This document shows, in pieces, positions 39,499 to 52,956 of a DNA stretch of 59,293 nucleotides (its first letter is position 1; each line of letters starts with the position of its first letter). The notes below the pieces were generated by a model. That model made no database searches and was not told where the DNA came from. It saw only the letters and a program-made list of their open reading frames with translations. The stretch is from Octopus bimaculoides (lineage: Eukaryota). The translations under genes were made by a program, and so were the position numbers. The stretch is from NCBI RefSeq assembly GCF_001194135.2, contig NC_069005.1, positions 23,268,688-23,327,980 on the forward strand, in the 5' to 3' direction.

Positions 39499-39993
39499 TA
39501 CTCTTTTACGTGTTTTCAGTCATTTGACTGTGGCCATGCTGGAGCACTGCTTTTAGTCGAGAAAATCGACCCCAGGACTTATTCTTTGTAAGCCTAGTAC
39601 TTATTCTACCGNNNNNNNNNNATTCTTTGTAAGCCTAGTACTTATTCTACCGGTCTCTTTTTGCCAAACCGCTAAGTTGCGGGGACATAAACACACCAGC
39701 ATCGGCTGTCAAGCGATGGTGGGGGACAAACACATATACACATATATATATACATATATACGACGGGCTTCTTTCAGTTTCCGCCTACCAAATCCACTCA
39801 CAAGGCTTTGGTCGGCCCGAGGCTATAGTAGAAGACACTTGCCCAAGGTGCCACGCANNNNNNNNNNCAAATCCACTCACAAGGCTTTGGTCGGCCCGAG
39901 GCTATAGTAGAAGACACTTGCCCAAGGTGCCACGCAGTGGGACTGAACCCGGAACCATGTGGTTGGTAAGCAAGCTACTTACCATACAGCCAC
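39499..39993 (-). mobile_element. Young SINE family D, with assembly-overlap duplications around two 10-N gaps
   Basis: Homologous to 29467-29865. Confidence 0.9.
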
Positions 39994-40049
39994 TTTGTAA
40001 TGTTATTAAAAATTACTCACATATAGCTGGATTTTCCCAGTGTTTTGTA

Positions 40050-40088
<39 letters not shown>

Positions 40089-40585
40089 TAATTAAAACTT
40101 TTGTGCATACCTGGGTATGTTATTGTGAAGGGGTTCACTCAGTTTAGTTGCAAATTTCACAAAGAAAAAAATTGCAAACGATCAGAGAAAAACATTTGAT
40201 ATTTTGTTTGTGATGTTTGTATGTCCACGTCTACAACTAAATCACATTAAATTTATTACTAACATCTTCATTTCCATCATCTTTTTTTTTTTTTTTTTGT
40301 GTATCCTGTTGTTTAGTTATAATTATATAATTAACAACCACACATCATTTTTAGCACAAATGATTATTTACATAAAGAAAAACAATGTCTTTTCTGAAAT
40401 ATTGCCAATTTTCACTCTAATCTGACCACAAATAAGTTTCTGATAAACATTTGTATAAACAAATCCATTTTTAGGTATTTTTTCTCTCAATCATAACCAG
40501 ACTGAACTTTAGACTTAAGAAAATTAGATGAAGAGTTAATAAGGGTACTAACTAAAGAGTATCCTGCTGATTCCCACACCATGTA

Positions 40586-40694
40586 CAAGGGGGTGCTGAA
40601 AAGTTCCTGGCTTTAAGGGTGTGTTAAATAAAATCATTAATTAACTGATCATCCTGTATTTTCACCCAAAGCAAGGAACTTTCAGCACCCCTTC
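40586..40694. mobile_element. Short mariner-type MITE (about 110 bp)
   Basis: TA|caagggggtgctgaaaagttcctggcttt ... aaagcaaggaactttcagcaccccttc; ends are imperfect inverted repeats. Confidence 0.75.
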
Positions 40695-40735
40695 ATATGT
40701 TGTGTGAACTTTTAATCAATACTAGAAGTATATGA

Positions 40736-40947
40736 CTACTCTTTACTCTTTTACTTGTTTCAATCATTTGACTGCGGCCATGCTGGAGCACCACCTTTAG
40801 TCGAGAAAATTGACCCCAGGACTTATTCTTTGTAAGCCTAGTTCTTATTCTATCGGTCTCTTTTTGCCGAACCGCTAAGTTACAGGGATGTAAACACACC
40901 AGCATCGGTTGTTAAGCGATGGTGGGGGGACAAACACAGACACACAA

Positions 40948-40988
<41 letters not shown>

Positions 40989-41120
40989 TACGACGGGTTT
41001 CTTTCAGTTTCCGTCTACCAAATCCACTCACAAGGCTTTGGTTGGCCCGAGGCTATAGTAGAAGACACTTGCCCAAGGTGCCATGCAGTGGGACTGAACC
41101 CGGAACCATGTGGTTGGTAA
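40736..41120 (-). mobile_element. Young SINE family D, head clipped
   Basis: Homologous to 29467-29865. Confidence 0.9.
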
Positions 41121-41709
41121 TTACAAAGAGAGGAATTGGAGCGGGTGGAGTCTGGAATCAAAGGTTTTATGCACTGATTTCACAGGCATGATTGTGAGAC
41201 ATCAAGCTGAAAGTAGATGTTTTAGATGAATCAAAGGTAGATATATCGATATAAATAGTTAGATAAGATACTGAGAATGCAGAATGACAGTAGAACTGTG
41301 ATTAAAGTTCAGCCTGTCTCTCAATTACAAATGACACACGATCAATGTCCTGGTTTATAGAACTTTTTAATAACTTTAGTAAATATATCCACCAGTTATT
41401 AATAATTCAACTATACACAAACAGTCAAAAACAGACAAGTGAATATACATATTCTGTCTTTGCTGGTTTCAATCACTGGACTGCAATCATGCGAGGGCAC
41501 TACTTTCAAAGATTTAGTCAATCATACTGATTCCGGTGCACGTTTTAATCTGTCACTTATTCTATTTACTAAGTTATAGAACATAAACCCACACACATTT
41601 TGACTCCAACACAGTTTCTGTTCAACAAATTCCAATCACACTCAATTCAGTGTTATAAGAAACATTTACCCAAGGGTTACGTAACAAGATCAAACACAAA
41701 ACCACATTT

Positions 41710-41740
<31 letters not shown>

Positions 41741-41940
41741 ATTAAGCATCCTTCTCGAGTGGCATATATTTTAGTCCTAGTCTGTCACAGGATTACTCAT
41801 TTTTGCTGGCAGAGTGAACCCAAGCAATGTGAAATGAAGTGTTTTGCTCAAAAACACAATGCACAAATTTTATAATCATGAGTCCAACATCTAAGCTACA
41901 AACTTGTGTGTGTGTGTGTGTGTGTGTGAGTGTAGGGTAA

Positions 41941-42268
41941 AGACCCCCTTCAGTCATAAATGACCATGGGATTGCACCTAGAGAGTTACCCTTCGAGGAA
42001 CAAGTCTGGGCAAGGTTGTTTATGGAAGACCAGCAGTCGCCTATGCATAGCAGCCTCCCCTCTCTATGCCAACAATGTTATCCAAAAGGAAAGGCAAAGG
42101 CCGATACAGCTTGGTACCAGTGACATCATAACTCATTTCTACAACTGAAGGAACTGGAGAAATGTGAAATAAAGTGCCTTGCTCAAGAACACAAAGCCCA
42201 GTTCAAGAATCAAACTCACTACCTTATGATTGTGAACCTGATGCTCTAAACCACTGAGCTATGTGCCT
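41941..42268 (-). mobile_element. SINE family C, reverse copy
   Basis: Reverse-complement homolog of 12405-12710 and 49458-49745. Confidence 0.85.
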
Positions 42269-43632
42269 TCACACACACATATATATTAATGAGAGCGAGC
42301 AAATACACATGAACACACACACAATATAATACAATACACAAGTGCCAACAATTTATATTTAAACACAACAAAATGACACAGCTTGCTCTACTACAAAAGC
42401 AATAGTTGAATAGAAAAATAATATTTTGAAAGGTGGGCTGTTTCATTTCTGTTTTTTTTTTTTGCTGGTCCATTATATTTAATAACATGACAAGTCACCA
42501 AGTGAACTAATTCAAGAAGTAACAGCAGCAGTAGTGGTAGTATTTCAATAATGACTCTATAGAACACATCTGTCACATGACCAAATAAGGGATTAACATT
42601 ATATAGTGCCTCCACCTAATAAAAGTTGTAGCTAAACATCATCCAAATTGCACTTTTAGTGTCTTTTGTCTCGAAAACTGACACACTGGATATAAGCCAT
42701 GACCATCCTGAAAAAGTGAGGCTGGTCATAGCTGGAATGCTTCTGATCATAAGTTTGTGAGCTCTGCAACATAGGGACTGATATGGAGTTAAAAAATGAT
42801 AACAATACATCTGCCACACATCATCCATACAATTACATGCAGTCATGTATATAAAACAGACAAGTTCTACTAAAAATAACAGCCAATTCTCCCAGGAAAT
42901 CACACCTCCACCATTTTGAAAGAGAGAGATGGACAATGTAGATGGCAGGTAGGTACAGTTCTTAATAATCAGTGGCAAAGAAAAGGATATGACAGACATG
43001 ACTGAAAGGGTTTGTTGACCACAGGTCAGCTGGATCAGGGTTTAACAGACAGCAATGATTGAGGGAATTTCAGCTTTGAATATTTTGAGCCTTCAATTCT
43101 CAAAGGGGTCATAGGAGTATAATCATAACATGACATGTTTTGGGCATTTAAACTGGCAGAGCCAAGATCTGAACATAGATCTGATCTTTAGGATTTGATC
43201 ACAGCTGGTATTTCTAGAGCAAGAGATAAGAAAAGAAACTAAAAGTGGGAGATGAAGGTAACAGAAGGGCCGACCCCAATATTGAACTGGGACTGAAAGA
43301 CTAAGTTGGCAGCATTAAATACATGTAATGGTGTTACAACATGGTTTAGTTTAGAAAAGCTGTAAGTTTGAAACAGAATGGCAAAAACCAAGTCAAGGAG
43401 CAGATACACTTCTAAATAAGTCTACATTAACAATGAAATTCGAAGCAGATTCAGATAAAAATTATAGTTTTATAATACACTAGGTTAAAAAGAAAACCCC
43501 TTCTAGAGAAAAAAAAAAGGTAAAAAGCTGCTTGCAAGACTTGAACCTTACATCCTCTGTAATCCAGGATGCACCAAAACATTTGACACTTTATTTATAT
43601 TACGTTATTATCATTATTATTATTTCATAAAG

Positions 43633-43855
43633 CAGTGAGCTGGCTGAGTTGTTAACATGCCAGGCGAAATGCCTAGTGGTATTTTGTCTGTAGCTACGTT
43701 CCAAGTTCAAATTCTGCCAAGGTCAACTTTGCCTTTCATCCTTTCAGGGTTGATAAATTTAGTATCAGTTGAGTACTGGGATCAATATAATTGACATACC
43801 ACCCCTCCCTTGAATTTCAGGCCTTGTGCCTATAGTAGAAAGGATTATTATTATT
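43633..43855 (+). mobile_element. SINE family A copy
   Basis: Homologous to 1221-1440. Confidence 0.85.
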
Positions 43856-45872
43856 GAATAAAGATTATTTGCCAACATAATGTGGCAGTTCTGGTTAGGA
43901 CGATTGTTACTCTTAATCTCTCATTCAGAGATATGGAAATAATAATTTTCTCTTTATTATTATTATTATTATTATTATTGTTATTCATTTTGTTTATCAT
44001 GTACAAGTGTGCATGTAGTATTTTACTTATTTTGTATATGACTTCTATCAAATCCTTTCATCTAACTCTGTGGGTCTGAAATGCAGTCCATAAGACCCTT
44101 AGTGGGGGGGGGGTNNNNNNNNNNAATTTTTGATGTTAAAATTGATATGCAATAAATTGGTTATACTTCTACAATACACAAAATATTTTAACAATTTTTT
44201 TTTTTATAAAACTCCTAGTAATATCTAATTATAAAAGTTTTATATGATTTTTTAAACATTGCATAGCTGAGGGTCCAGTGGAATAAAATGGGAATCAAAC
44301 AAGTCCATGGGCAAAAAATGGTTGAAAACCACTGATCTAACCAGCAAAACCATTTGTCAGCATTCAGACAACAAAAGTAGAAATATCAAGAAATATGTAA
44401 ATAAGTCTATATTAAGAATATATGTGAAGGTTAATTCTAATACTGATAATAGCATATAATATAGAGGGTTAAAACCTGCTAGGATGGGAAAAACGACAAC
44501 TAACTTTGTCTATCCGCCTACCTGTCTCTCACTCTTTCACACATACTTTGTCTGTTTCCGATTTAATATCCCCACCTGACTCTTGGGTACCTCCCTTTAA
44601 TGATGCCTACTCTGTTGTAAACATTCAGGCAAGGTCCTATGTCTAAGAATAACTCCTTCCTTTCCTGCCAACCAATCACAAGAGGCCTTACAACAGGCAT
44701 TCTATGTTTAAAAACTAGCTTTATAGAAACTTCTTTCAAAATTCCTATTTTGTTCACACATTAAATTGAGCAGGGTGAACTACGTAAAACATTAGAGAAA
44801 GAAACCTAGTTGTTTCTTGCAATACATACTAATACATAAATTGAAAGCAAAATTTTTTCAGGGGCTCTTGAAATACAATAGTGGATCCCACTATTATGTT
44901 GCATGGACCTCCAAAAATCTTATGTGGATCCTGAGGGTCCATATAGACCCTAGTTGAGAACCACTAATCTAAGGCATCCAGCCATAGACACCTTGCCAAA
45001 GCAGGCACTGGAGACCAACACAGCTTTCAGGCTAGTTGTATCTTGTTGAATCATCCAACCCATGCTGGCATGGAATATGGTAGTTAAATCATGATGATAT
45101 GGCTGAAACAAAAAGCTTACTAATCTAATCTTTTGTTACATTAGTCTCTGCTCTGCTCTTTGTTTCTCCTCTCATGCTGTTTTATCTAATTTTCCAGTGT
45201 AGTACTGGCACTATGTCTAACCACCAAGCTTTTACCATCCATCTGACATACTACACCTCCACTTTCACACAATCTCACCTACTCCATTATAAAGGAAAAT
45301 TAATTCGTCTGTGCTTGTCTAATTATTTAGAATAAATTCTTGACTACCAGTTAGCTAAAATGTTGCAGTTCTTCAGCTTCATATCAGTTAGAAGACCTCC
45401 ACCGTAGCTAGTGCATATTTTTGGAATTAAATTAATTGATGGAAATAACTGCCAAATATGAAAGTTTTAGAATTTGGAATGAAAAGAAAATTATAGGATT
45501 TTCAAATATTTGTCAACCCCTTAAATGTCTGTATTTCTTTGATAGGTAAACTGATTATGTGTTGTAATTAATTCTCAATATAACAAAGATTTTTGAGTGG
45601 TAGAGTAAATTATTTAAACTTTAAATATTGATAAAATATTATAGTCTTGATTAGCTATTACGTGGGTGCATTTGTGTGTGTGTGCATGTATAGTTACACA
45701 GACAAACTGCTGAGGGACTGACAGTTCAACATCTCCTTTAATCCAGATAAATTATGAGGGGGCAACTGGAAAATCCCATGGCAACTGGTCTAGTTCACTG
45801 CACAACTATAAGTGGTGCTATGTGCACTGTGTTTATATGCATTATTTACACTGCACTTGTTAGTACATGGTC

Positions 45873-46195
45873 AAGGTGGGTGGCTCAGTGGTTAGGGTAT
45901 TTGGCTCATGATCGTAAGGTTGTGAGTTCGATTCCTGGTAGTGCATTGTGTCCTTGAGCAAGACACTTTATTTCACATTGCTCCACTCCACTCAGCTGAC
46001 AAAAATGAGTAGTACCTGAATTTCAAAGGGCCAGCCTTATCACATTCTGTGTCAGGCTGAATCGCTCTGAGAGCTACATGAAGGGTACATGTGTCTGTGG
46101 AGTGCTCAACCACTTGCATGTTAATTTGACAAGCAGGCTCTTCTATCAATTGACTCAACTGGAACCCTCGTTGTCATAACTGATGGAGTGCCAGT
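45873..46195 (+). mobile_element. SINE family B copy
   Basis: gtggctcagtggttagg...gagttcgattcc head; 3' half matches about 13100-13262. Confidence 0.85.
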
Positions 46196-47355
46196 TTTTT
46201 GTCAGTGGTGATAACCAAAATTTTGAGTGAGCCTCTGCTCATTTAGCTTAAAATTATCTTTTAGCCATGGCTACTTCAGGTAAGAGAACTGAACGTGTGT
46301 CAGTGAGGGTATCAAATGTGAACATCTGCCCTTGTCAATCCAGCAATAAGTAGAACTGTTGAAAAAAATGGATTTTGGTGTTTGGGTACAGAAGCTGTGC
46401 AGTATCTATGGCACTTCAGATACATGGGAAGTGTATAATTAGCAAGTTAGAGGTGTGTTGATGAATTAGTATTATGTGACCACAGATGGGACTGCAAAAC
46501 AGCTAACTCATCAAGGCTTTGGAAACAAACATATGGGGAAATATATGGCATACCAAAGATATAGGAAAATTTGGAACCAAGGATACAGGAAAATTTTAAT
46601 ATATTAGGAGAAGAAATCTCCATTAGTTTTGGCAATCAGTGTCTTCAGTTGTTCAACCAACTGGGTTGCCTGCTCATTGAGTTATAGTACTTGCGGCTGA
46701 GTATTCCACAAAACTGTGTCAAATATAATACAGTGTGACAAGGTATCACATTTTAATTACAGGTACTCTGCAGGGTGGTTGGTGTTAGGGCATCCAACCG
46801 TAAAAAACATGCCAAAACAGACACAGAAGCTTGGTGTAGTCTTCTGCCTGGCTGGCTCCTGTCAAACCATTCAACTCATGCCAGCTCGGAAGGCAGACGT
46901 TAAACAATGATGATGATTTTGATACAGTTGATATCTACCCAATTCCACTCACAAAGCTTCAGTTAATATGTGGCTGTGGTAAAAGACACTTGCACAAGAT
47001 GTCATGCAGTGAGATTGAACCAGAGACTTTCATGATTGTGAAACAAACTTCTTAACCATTAAGCCATACTGCATCCACACAAAATTCCCCTGTTGCTGTG
47101 TTATATGTGTAAAATTGGTATGATTGGTAAAACATTGGTAGAAAGGGAAAGAAATATAGATTTGATTGCCAGAACAGCAGTTAGAGAGTTTAATCTCATT
47201 AACTTCTGTAGTAAAATATTATTCATTAATTATCAATAATTATGGTAATTTGCCACTAGACCAGAAAAAATATATTTAATTGAAAATATTAAATTAATTG
47301 CAAATACAGTATCAAACCTGAGAAAATTATACACACACGCATACATGCATACATA

Positions 47356-48493
47356 CAGGGTACGCAAGATATTTGAGGACAGATTTATATTTATTTTTAA
47401 AAAAACATATAATAACAGATAATAACTTTATTTATCAAAAAACGCTATGAGGATAAAAATAAACCTTCTTTTCTATAATGTTGTTCAATAAAGCCACCTT
47501 CTGCTTCAACAACTGCTTCTATATAAGTTCTAGATCATCTACATGCTCGAACCAGGCAGTCCTTGTTCATTTTGGACATTACTCTGACTATGACAGCTTT
47601 CAAAGAATTTTTGGTGTTATGGGTGTGTTCATTGACCTCTCTCTCTCAACAACGCTCCACATGTAATAATCCAATGGATTGAGATCTGGGGAATTAGGAG
47701 GTCAAATGTTAGGGGTTATGTGACCATGAAAATTTTCAGCCATCCATTCCTGTGTTACTAGAGCCATGTGTGACAGTGCAGAGTCTTACTGAAACACATA
47801 CAGCCTACCATTGCATACATTGTCTATCCAGGGCTTAACAATTATTCCCAGGACCTCAATGTAGGTGGCAGAGTTAACTCTAAAGCCTTGAGGAAAGAAG
47901 GAGGCATCACATGTCCTTCATTGCTAATGACCCCTAAAAACCATGACAGTTGCAGGAAATTTTGCATGCCTCTGCACATAACCTTTTGCCATTTCTTCTG
48001 TTAACTTCTTGATCTTGGTTGAAGTTTTTCTCATTTGAGAAAAACTAAATCAAATCATCATCTGCTGGATTTTTCAGCTTGTTTAAGAGCCTTTTAGATC
48101 TGACGTAGTGATTTTCTTTTGCTTTTTCTGACAAATTGACCTTTCCTCATCATACAAGACTTATATCTGATGTCTTTGTGGACTACATTTCTGACTGTTC
48201 CTTCTGACACATGGAGATCTTTTGCAATTTTGATACTGGTGATACGTTTCCATCTTCAGTCTCCAACTCCTTACAAACTTTGTAGATGAAAGATCTGGCA
48301 ACTTTTAAAAATCGAGATATTTATAAATCACTATGCTCAGCCTTTATAACCACAATAACAACATGCCTCTGCATTTCTTGAGTAAGCTGAGGGTCTGCCA
48401 TTGTTATTTTCTGAAACCAAGATTATACAAAGTTAGCAAAAAATGCAGCAATGACCTAAAAAGGGTATGCCCTCAAATACTTTATGCATCCCG
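47356..48493 (-). mobile_element. Decayed Tc1/mariner transposon of DD37D (maT/Bmmar1-like) type; transposase pseudogene
   Basis: Minus strand YVFQ*DSALSHMALVTQEWMAENFHGHITPNI*PPNSPDLNPLDYYMWSVVER, with 37 residues between the second and third catalytic D. FSNEKNF remnant of the first D motif; degenerate TIRs and TA at both ends; stops and frameshifts. Confidence 0.88.
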
Positions 48494-48499
48494 TATATA

Positions 48500-48736
48500 T
48501 ATAAGGTTTTTAACTTTTAAATTTGCATATTCAAAAGAGACAGAGACTTCAAACTTGATATATCGATTTATTCACCACTCTATGTCAACATTTCTGTGCC
48601 AAACTTATCCAGTGACTGGTCCATTGGATTTTGACATTTGGCACTTCTTCAGGAAGAGTGGTGAATAAATCGATATATCGAGTTTGAAGTCTCTGTCTCT
48701 TTTGAATATGCAAATTTAAAAGTTAAAAACCTTATA
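48500..48736. mobile_element. Fold-back element / MITE: 82-bp arms (48500-48581 / 48655-48736), 73-nt spacer
   Basis: Arms are exact reverse complements except one TG/CG position; TA-rich flanks. Confidence 0.9.
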
Positions 48737-48836
48737 ATATAAATATAAACTGTGAGAACAACCCTTAAGGAATCTAGTTAATGATCCCCTAAGGTAAGTT
48801 CTTATGCTATATTGGTAACGGTTGCTACATCCTCTG

Positions 48837-48875
<39 letters not shown>

Positions 48876-49077
48876 GATGCATAAAGTATGTGCATGTGCT
48901 GAAAGCAGTCTTGCCATGTTGCTGGGTGTATATATAGACATACATTGCTACATTGCTGATAATGGGATGTTTATAGCCAACAAGACCACATATATTCAAA
49001 GCATATAGTGCTGCCACATAGCTGATAACTGAACATGTGTGTGTGGTGGGTTGGGGTGGGGTTCATATAGAAGGATA

Positions 49078-49390
49078 CAAGGGTTGTCTTGAAAGTAATG
49101 CTAAAGTCAGTACAACTTCTAACATTAGTTGTTCAAATTGTTCAAACTGCATACGTTAGTAGACTCCTCTCGTCCTTCCTCACTTGCAGGCAGATTAGAG
49201 ATTCCGGCTAGGAACAATATGATAGCAATGAGGGGTGGCAGGCAAGTCTGACATCCACAAAAGGTTACAGGTTTCTTTTATGGACATGACATCACAGACA
49301 AGAGTAATGTACACAGATGATTAAAGGAGTTGAAAGAGGAGGAAACCAGTGTTGAAGACAAGCCGTGTGTTGGGCAATTGCTCCGTTGTT
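49078..49390 (+). pseudogene. mariner transposon 5' fragment (TIR plus helix-turn-helix region of transposase)
   Basis: TA|caagggttgtcttgaaagt TIR-like start; DIHKRLQV/LYGHDITDKSNVHR*LKELKEEETSVEDKP resembles the mariner IHxRL..YG.....STVYRWxxxFKxGxxSVEDxPRSGRP motif. Confidence 0.75.
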
Positions 49391-49457
49391 ATGTCGTTGA
49401 GTACTGGAGTATTAAAATCAAAGGATACAATGTAAAATACATTATATCTGGGTGTGG

Positions 49458-49745
49458 TTGTGGGTTCAATTCCTGTGTTCAAGCTTTGTGTTGTGTTCTT
49501 GAGCAAGACAATTTCACATTGCTCCAGTTCACTCAGCTGTAGCAATGAGTTGCGACGTCACTGGTGCCAAGCTGTATCGGCCCTTTTGCCTTTCCTTTGG
49601 ATAACATCAGTGGCATCGAGAGGGGGAGGTTGGTATGCATGGGTGACTGCTGGTCTTCCATAAAAACAACCTTGCCTAGACTTGTGCCTCTGAGAAGAAA
49701 TTTCTAGGTGCAATCCCATGGTCATTCAAGACCAAAAGAGGTCAT
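49458..49745 (+). mobile_element. SINE family C copy
   Basis: Homologous to 12405-12710. Confidence 0.85.
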
Positions 49746-49844
49746 AAAAATACCAGGGTGAAAAATCAGACAGAAAGGTCACAGCTTCAATCAGGGATGA
49801 CTTAGGTTAACAAAACAATACACGGCAACAAAGAAGCCTCAATA

Positions 49845-50045
49845 CAGTCACCCGGGCTGCTAGAAATAGCAACCAAAAGTCACCTTCAGAGCAAACATTA
49901 CCGTTTTCAGTAAAAAAAAATTAGAATGGTTGTGGTTGGAATGTCTTTGATCATGGATCTGCTCTCTCAGGAGGGTCATGGTTGGAACATCTCTGATCAT
50001 AGATCTACTCTATCAAAGCTAATCTTGAGGGCTAATAAACAACTA
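49845..50045 (+). mobile_element. Old interspersed repeat, family F (…ctgctagaaatagca…gacctggggctaaacaacaac)
   Basis: Diverged fragments also at about 5830-5990, 6725-6820, 18100-18215, 30310-30620 (-), 42690-43040 (-), 52960-53090, 53860-54060 and 55420-55560. Confidence 0.7.
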
Positions 50046-52736
50046 TTACAGCAACAATGCTTGTTTTAAACCAACCAAAATCTATTTATAGCCCAAATAT
50101 TTGCAACTTCCTGTTCCAAATAAAAGTTTAATAAAATATTGAAATATTTTTGCCGAAGGAATATGGTCTTTTTTTTATTTATTTATTTTTTTTTTCTTTA
50201 AGAGAAACAGCAGAAGCCAGAGCAAAAAGCTTTGTTTCACTAAATTCCCCCCATTTCAAAATAAACTGATGGTAAATCCAGACAAAAATTCTAGCAGAAG
50301 AGTTTGTCTTGATTCATTTAGCTTCCCAATAGAAAAAGATTAAATTTGACATTAAGAAGAAAAAAAAGAGAAGGAGGAGGAGGGGGAAAGGCTTTTGAAG
50401 TAAACAATACAAAAACAAAAAAAAAATATCTATTGAAGCAATGGTCCCCCATTTCCTAAGCTTGTGATCTCTCCTCCTCCTCCTCCCCCTAACACAGACA
50501 AGATTACAAAAGTATTAATATGCATGTATGTATGAGTGTGTTTCAATAAAAATTAAGACACACAGACACACAACTTTATATACATAAAGGACATGCACTG
50601 TCTACATGACACCAACACACACACACACAAACAGACACATAGACACTTAAACACTTAAATACCTACGCCATTCCATGTCACCTTTCTGGTCAATTTGCTT
50701 ATTCATCTGAGAATTTAGAAATTCACTGGGAAATAATACACAGGCACACACACACACACACACACTCGAGTCCTCAACAATAGACATGAAACAAGGTGGT
50801 GCTGAGTAGCGTACATATTTCTGTGTCAACTGAGGAAAAAAACTGAGCTTGACTCACAGAACAACCATGAGATACAAGCAAATGTGGGAGACAAAATCTC
50901 TCATAAATCACACCTATTATCATCTAACAAAAACAAGAGAGGACACATTAGATAGTGTAGTCTTAGATACACTTGTGCGTAAATCAGTAGTTCCCCAACT
51001 TCCCATTTGATCACAAGTCAGCATCCCAACCTTGAAATTATGTATTGTGGTAGTCAAAAGTAGTTGGAAGTTTAATTGGAATTTGTTTCTTGCACACTCC
51101 CAACAAGTGGCCATTGATAAAACAAGTACCAAATTAAATTAGGAGTGGGATTGATATGATCAACAAATAGCTCTTGGAAGGTTCTGCCCTAGCATGTCCA
51201 CAATTCGTTGTTTCTGAGTAGAATAAGTGTCCAGCAACACAAAACTTAAGTAGCCCTTCTGTGTCTTGAGTACCATAAAATGATCTCTCTTACACGCATA
51301 CGTATATACATTTATGTTTACATATATCTATGCCTATGCAAGTGTGTGTATAATATATATATGTATATATATCCACACACACACAATATATAAGTGCATA
51401 TATGTATATTGTGTCCAACCAACCCCATCTCTAGGTAGGCACTGACCTCATTAAAGACAGTGACTAAGATATGACTAGAGTCTTCTTCTATATGATAGGC
51501 CAAGTGAATTGTTTTTGGTCACTGGGTTCTGCCTTCCACTCTATGAATGTGGAAGGAGAAAGCAGTGGCTGAGCTGAGAGAACAAATTATAAAGAAAATG
51601 GATTGGATAAATTAATGGGTGGAGATTGAAAGAGAGAGAAAAAGAATTAAGACAACAGTTACCCATTTTGAGTCATAGAGCATTTTCAGTGATTCAACAT
51701 GACAGACAAACTAAAAAGTACACCACTTCAATTCTTGTGCATCTATCAACTCATGTATGCCTATGTGATTCTGTTTTTCTGTGCTTTCGTAGGTTAGGTA
51801 AATATGTTGTTACGGCATTGTTTTACAACCAGATGTCTTTCCCATCCTTAAACCCTTAGCAGTTTTTCCACACCCCTAACCCTAATAATTTATTCTACAT
51901 ATCTTTGAAAGCACAAAATCAACTGATGATTTATTGACTAGAAAAAAACAACAGCAATCTTTGGAGGAGAGTTATATAATAATATATAACTATTATAATT
52001 TTAATATCTGTGTATATATATCATCTAAATTCCAGTATAGCTAGATTTCTATCTGTACACAAAATTTCAGCTCAGGATATCAAGCAATATGTGATATTAA
52101 GATTTCATATATCTATGTGCAAATGCTGTTGTTTCTCCAAGGCCAAAGACAGCATTACACATATTGCAAAATTTAACATTTAACATCTATCTAGTGATAC
52201 TCACCTATACGCACACACATGCACCGCTCACAAACTGTTATCACTTATTAAAAGACATGAATTCTTTATTGTGAATTTTATAGGATTCTATATTGTTCTG
52301 GCTGTACCACATATGAAATAAAAAAAAATCAAGGACACTCTGACGGTGAGAGTGATGATGGTAATAGTTGTAGTTGTACAGAAGTAGTGGTAGTGGCAGT
52401 GATGATGGTGGTGGTGGTGGTGGTGAAAGTAGAGTAATGTTAGTGGTGGAGACAGAATGAGGAGGGCTATAGACACTGCTCTCTGATATTACATGTTATA
52501 GCTGACAGATTATGATGATGGTAATGGTGGATGGAAGTGGTTAAGTATAGACATTGATTTCTTGCATAAGTAATAAGATCCCATATTTTGGAAGGAAGGA
52601 GGAAAGGTGCAGTGGCTTGTATCAGACATCACACCAGTGCTCCAATGACACTGGCCAGTCAGGTCACTTCCAGTGCCACCCAAGCTGCTAAAAGAGGAAA
52701 TCAAATATCCCTCAGGTTTGCACCTTACCATCTTAA

Positions 52737-52956
52737 CCCTCTTGATATCAACCTGCCCCAAGACCACTCAAGTTCTATGATGCAAACTTTGCTTTAAATT
52801 TAATCCAAACTAAAACCTTACATCAAAATTTCATGCTAATTTATGTTCCAAAGACCAGCTTTATAATGTCAAAGTTATTTTACCAAATGTTTCATTATTT
52901 TTAAAAGTAACTGAAACAAGGCAGTGTTTTTCATCAGAAACATGGTAACAAAAGGG
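52737..52956. mobile_element. Second piggyBac-type MITE subfamily
   Basis: TTAA|ccctcttgat...aacaaaaggg|TTAA; interior differs from the 11389 family. Confidence 0.65.

Noticed and set aside
39601-39918. Internal tandem duplications in a SINE
   Set aside because: The duplicated 30-50-bp blocks flank 10-N gaps exactly, as expected from unmerged contig overlaps.
46260-46640. Possible decayed transposase or RT fragment
   Set aside because: It looks coding-like, but I could not identify a diagnostic motif in any frame.
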